Source of the DNA: Candidatus Methylomirabilota bacterium
Lineage (GTDB): Bacteria; Methylomirabilota; Methylomirabilia; Rokubacteriales; CSP1-6
Direction of reading: 5' to 3'
Length of the DNA: 16,844 nucleotides
NCBI GenBank assembly: GCA_046726415.1
Contig: JBKPAK010000331.1
Span: 1 to 16,844 of the forward strand
In this document: in pieces, positions 16,656 through 16,844 of the stretch
Layout: each line of letters opens with the position of its first letter
Position numbering within the stretch: the stretch's first letter is position 1
Notes under the pieces: generated by a model
The model's input: only the letters and a program-made list of their open reading frames with translations
What the model was told of the DNA's origin: nothing
Databases searched by the model: none
Program-made: the position numbers and the translations under genes

Positions 16656-16844
16656 GGCGAACGACCTCGCGAAGCGTTGCCGAAAACGTGCGCAGGATTG
16701 CCGCTTCGGCCCTGACCGAAATCGGTACCCGCGCCGACCAGAATTGAGCCAGGACGTCACAGCTTCGGCAACTTCGGGAGCCGGTAGTGTCAAAGCCCCG
16801 CCGGGGCACCGCGAGCACCGGAAGGGGAGGTGGCTCCCGCGTTG

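Noticed and set aside
16787..16794. Second TTGACA on the minus strand upstream of the TRAP operon
   Set aside because: No recognisable -10 box at 16-18 nt spacing.
1..16844. tRNA, rRNA, CRISPR array, riboswitch, transposase or integrase
   Set aside because: No regularly spaced repeats, cloverleaf or recombinase motifs were seen by eye; a covariance-model search of the intergenic regions was not possible.

Overview
GC-rich (roughly 65-70% by eye) bacterial chromosomal region of accessory metabolism. The gene families and style are reminiscent of Rokubacteria/Methylomirabilota-type soil bacteria (inference only). Apparently intact genes: two luciferase-like monooxygenases (one partial) around an alpha/beta hydrolase, an amidohydrolase coupled to a DinB-family gene, a DksA/TraR zinc-finger protein, an M20 peptidase, a YciI/DGPF gene, a group 1 truncated hemoglobin, a MetX-like hydrolase, a VOC protein, and a TRAP transporter with two solute-binding proteins (dctP-dctQ-dctM-dctP). 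An ECF42-type sigma factor carries a 1-nt frameshift, and a matching ECF42 promoter lies upstream of the DGPF gene. The most striking pattern is a set of 'hollowed-out' genes on the minus strand: an F420-type LLM oxidoreductase, an amidohydrolase, a secreted GH13 amylase and a Uma2 nuclease. Each keeps its start signal, N-terminus and C-terminus, joined in frame, while the middle is missing. A C-terminal stub of a Ddn-type nitroreductase is also present. Several genes look leaderless. No RNA genes, CRISPR arrays or mobile elements were seen. All family assignments are from motif recognition, not database searches.
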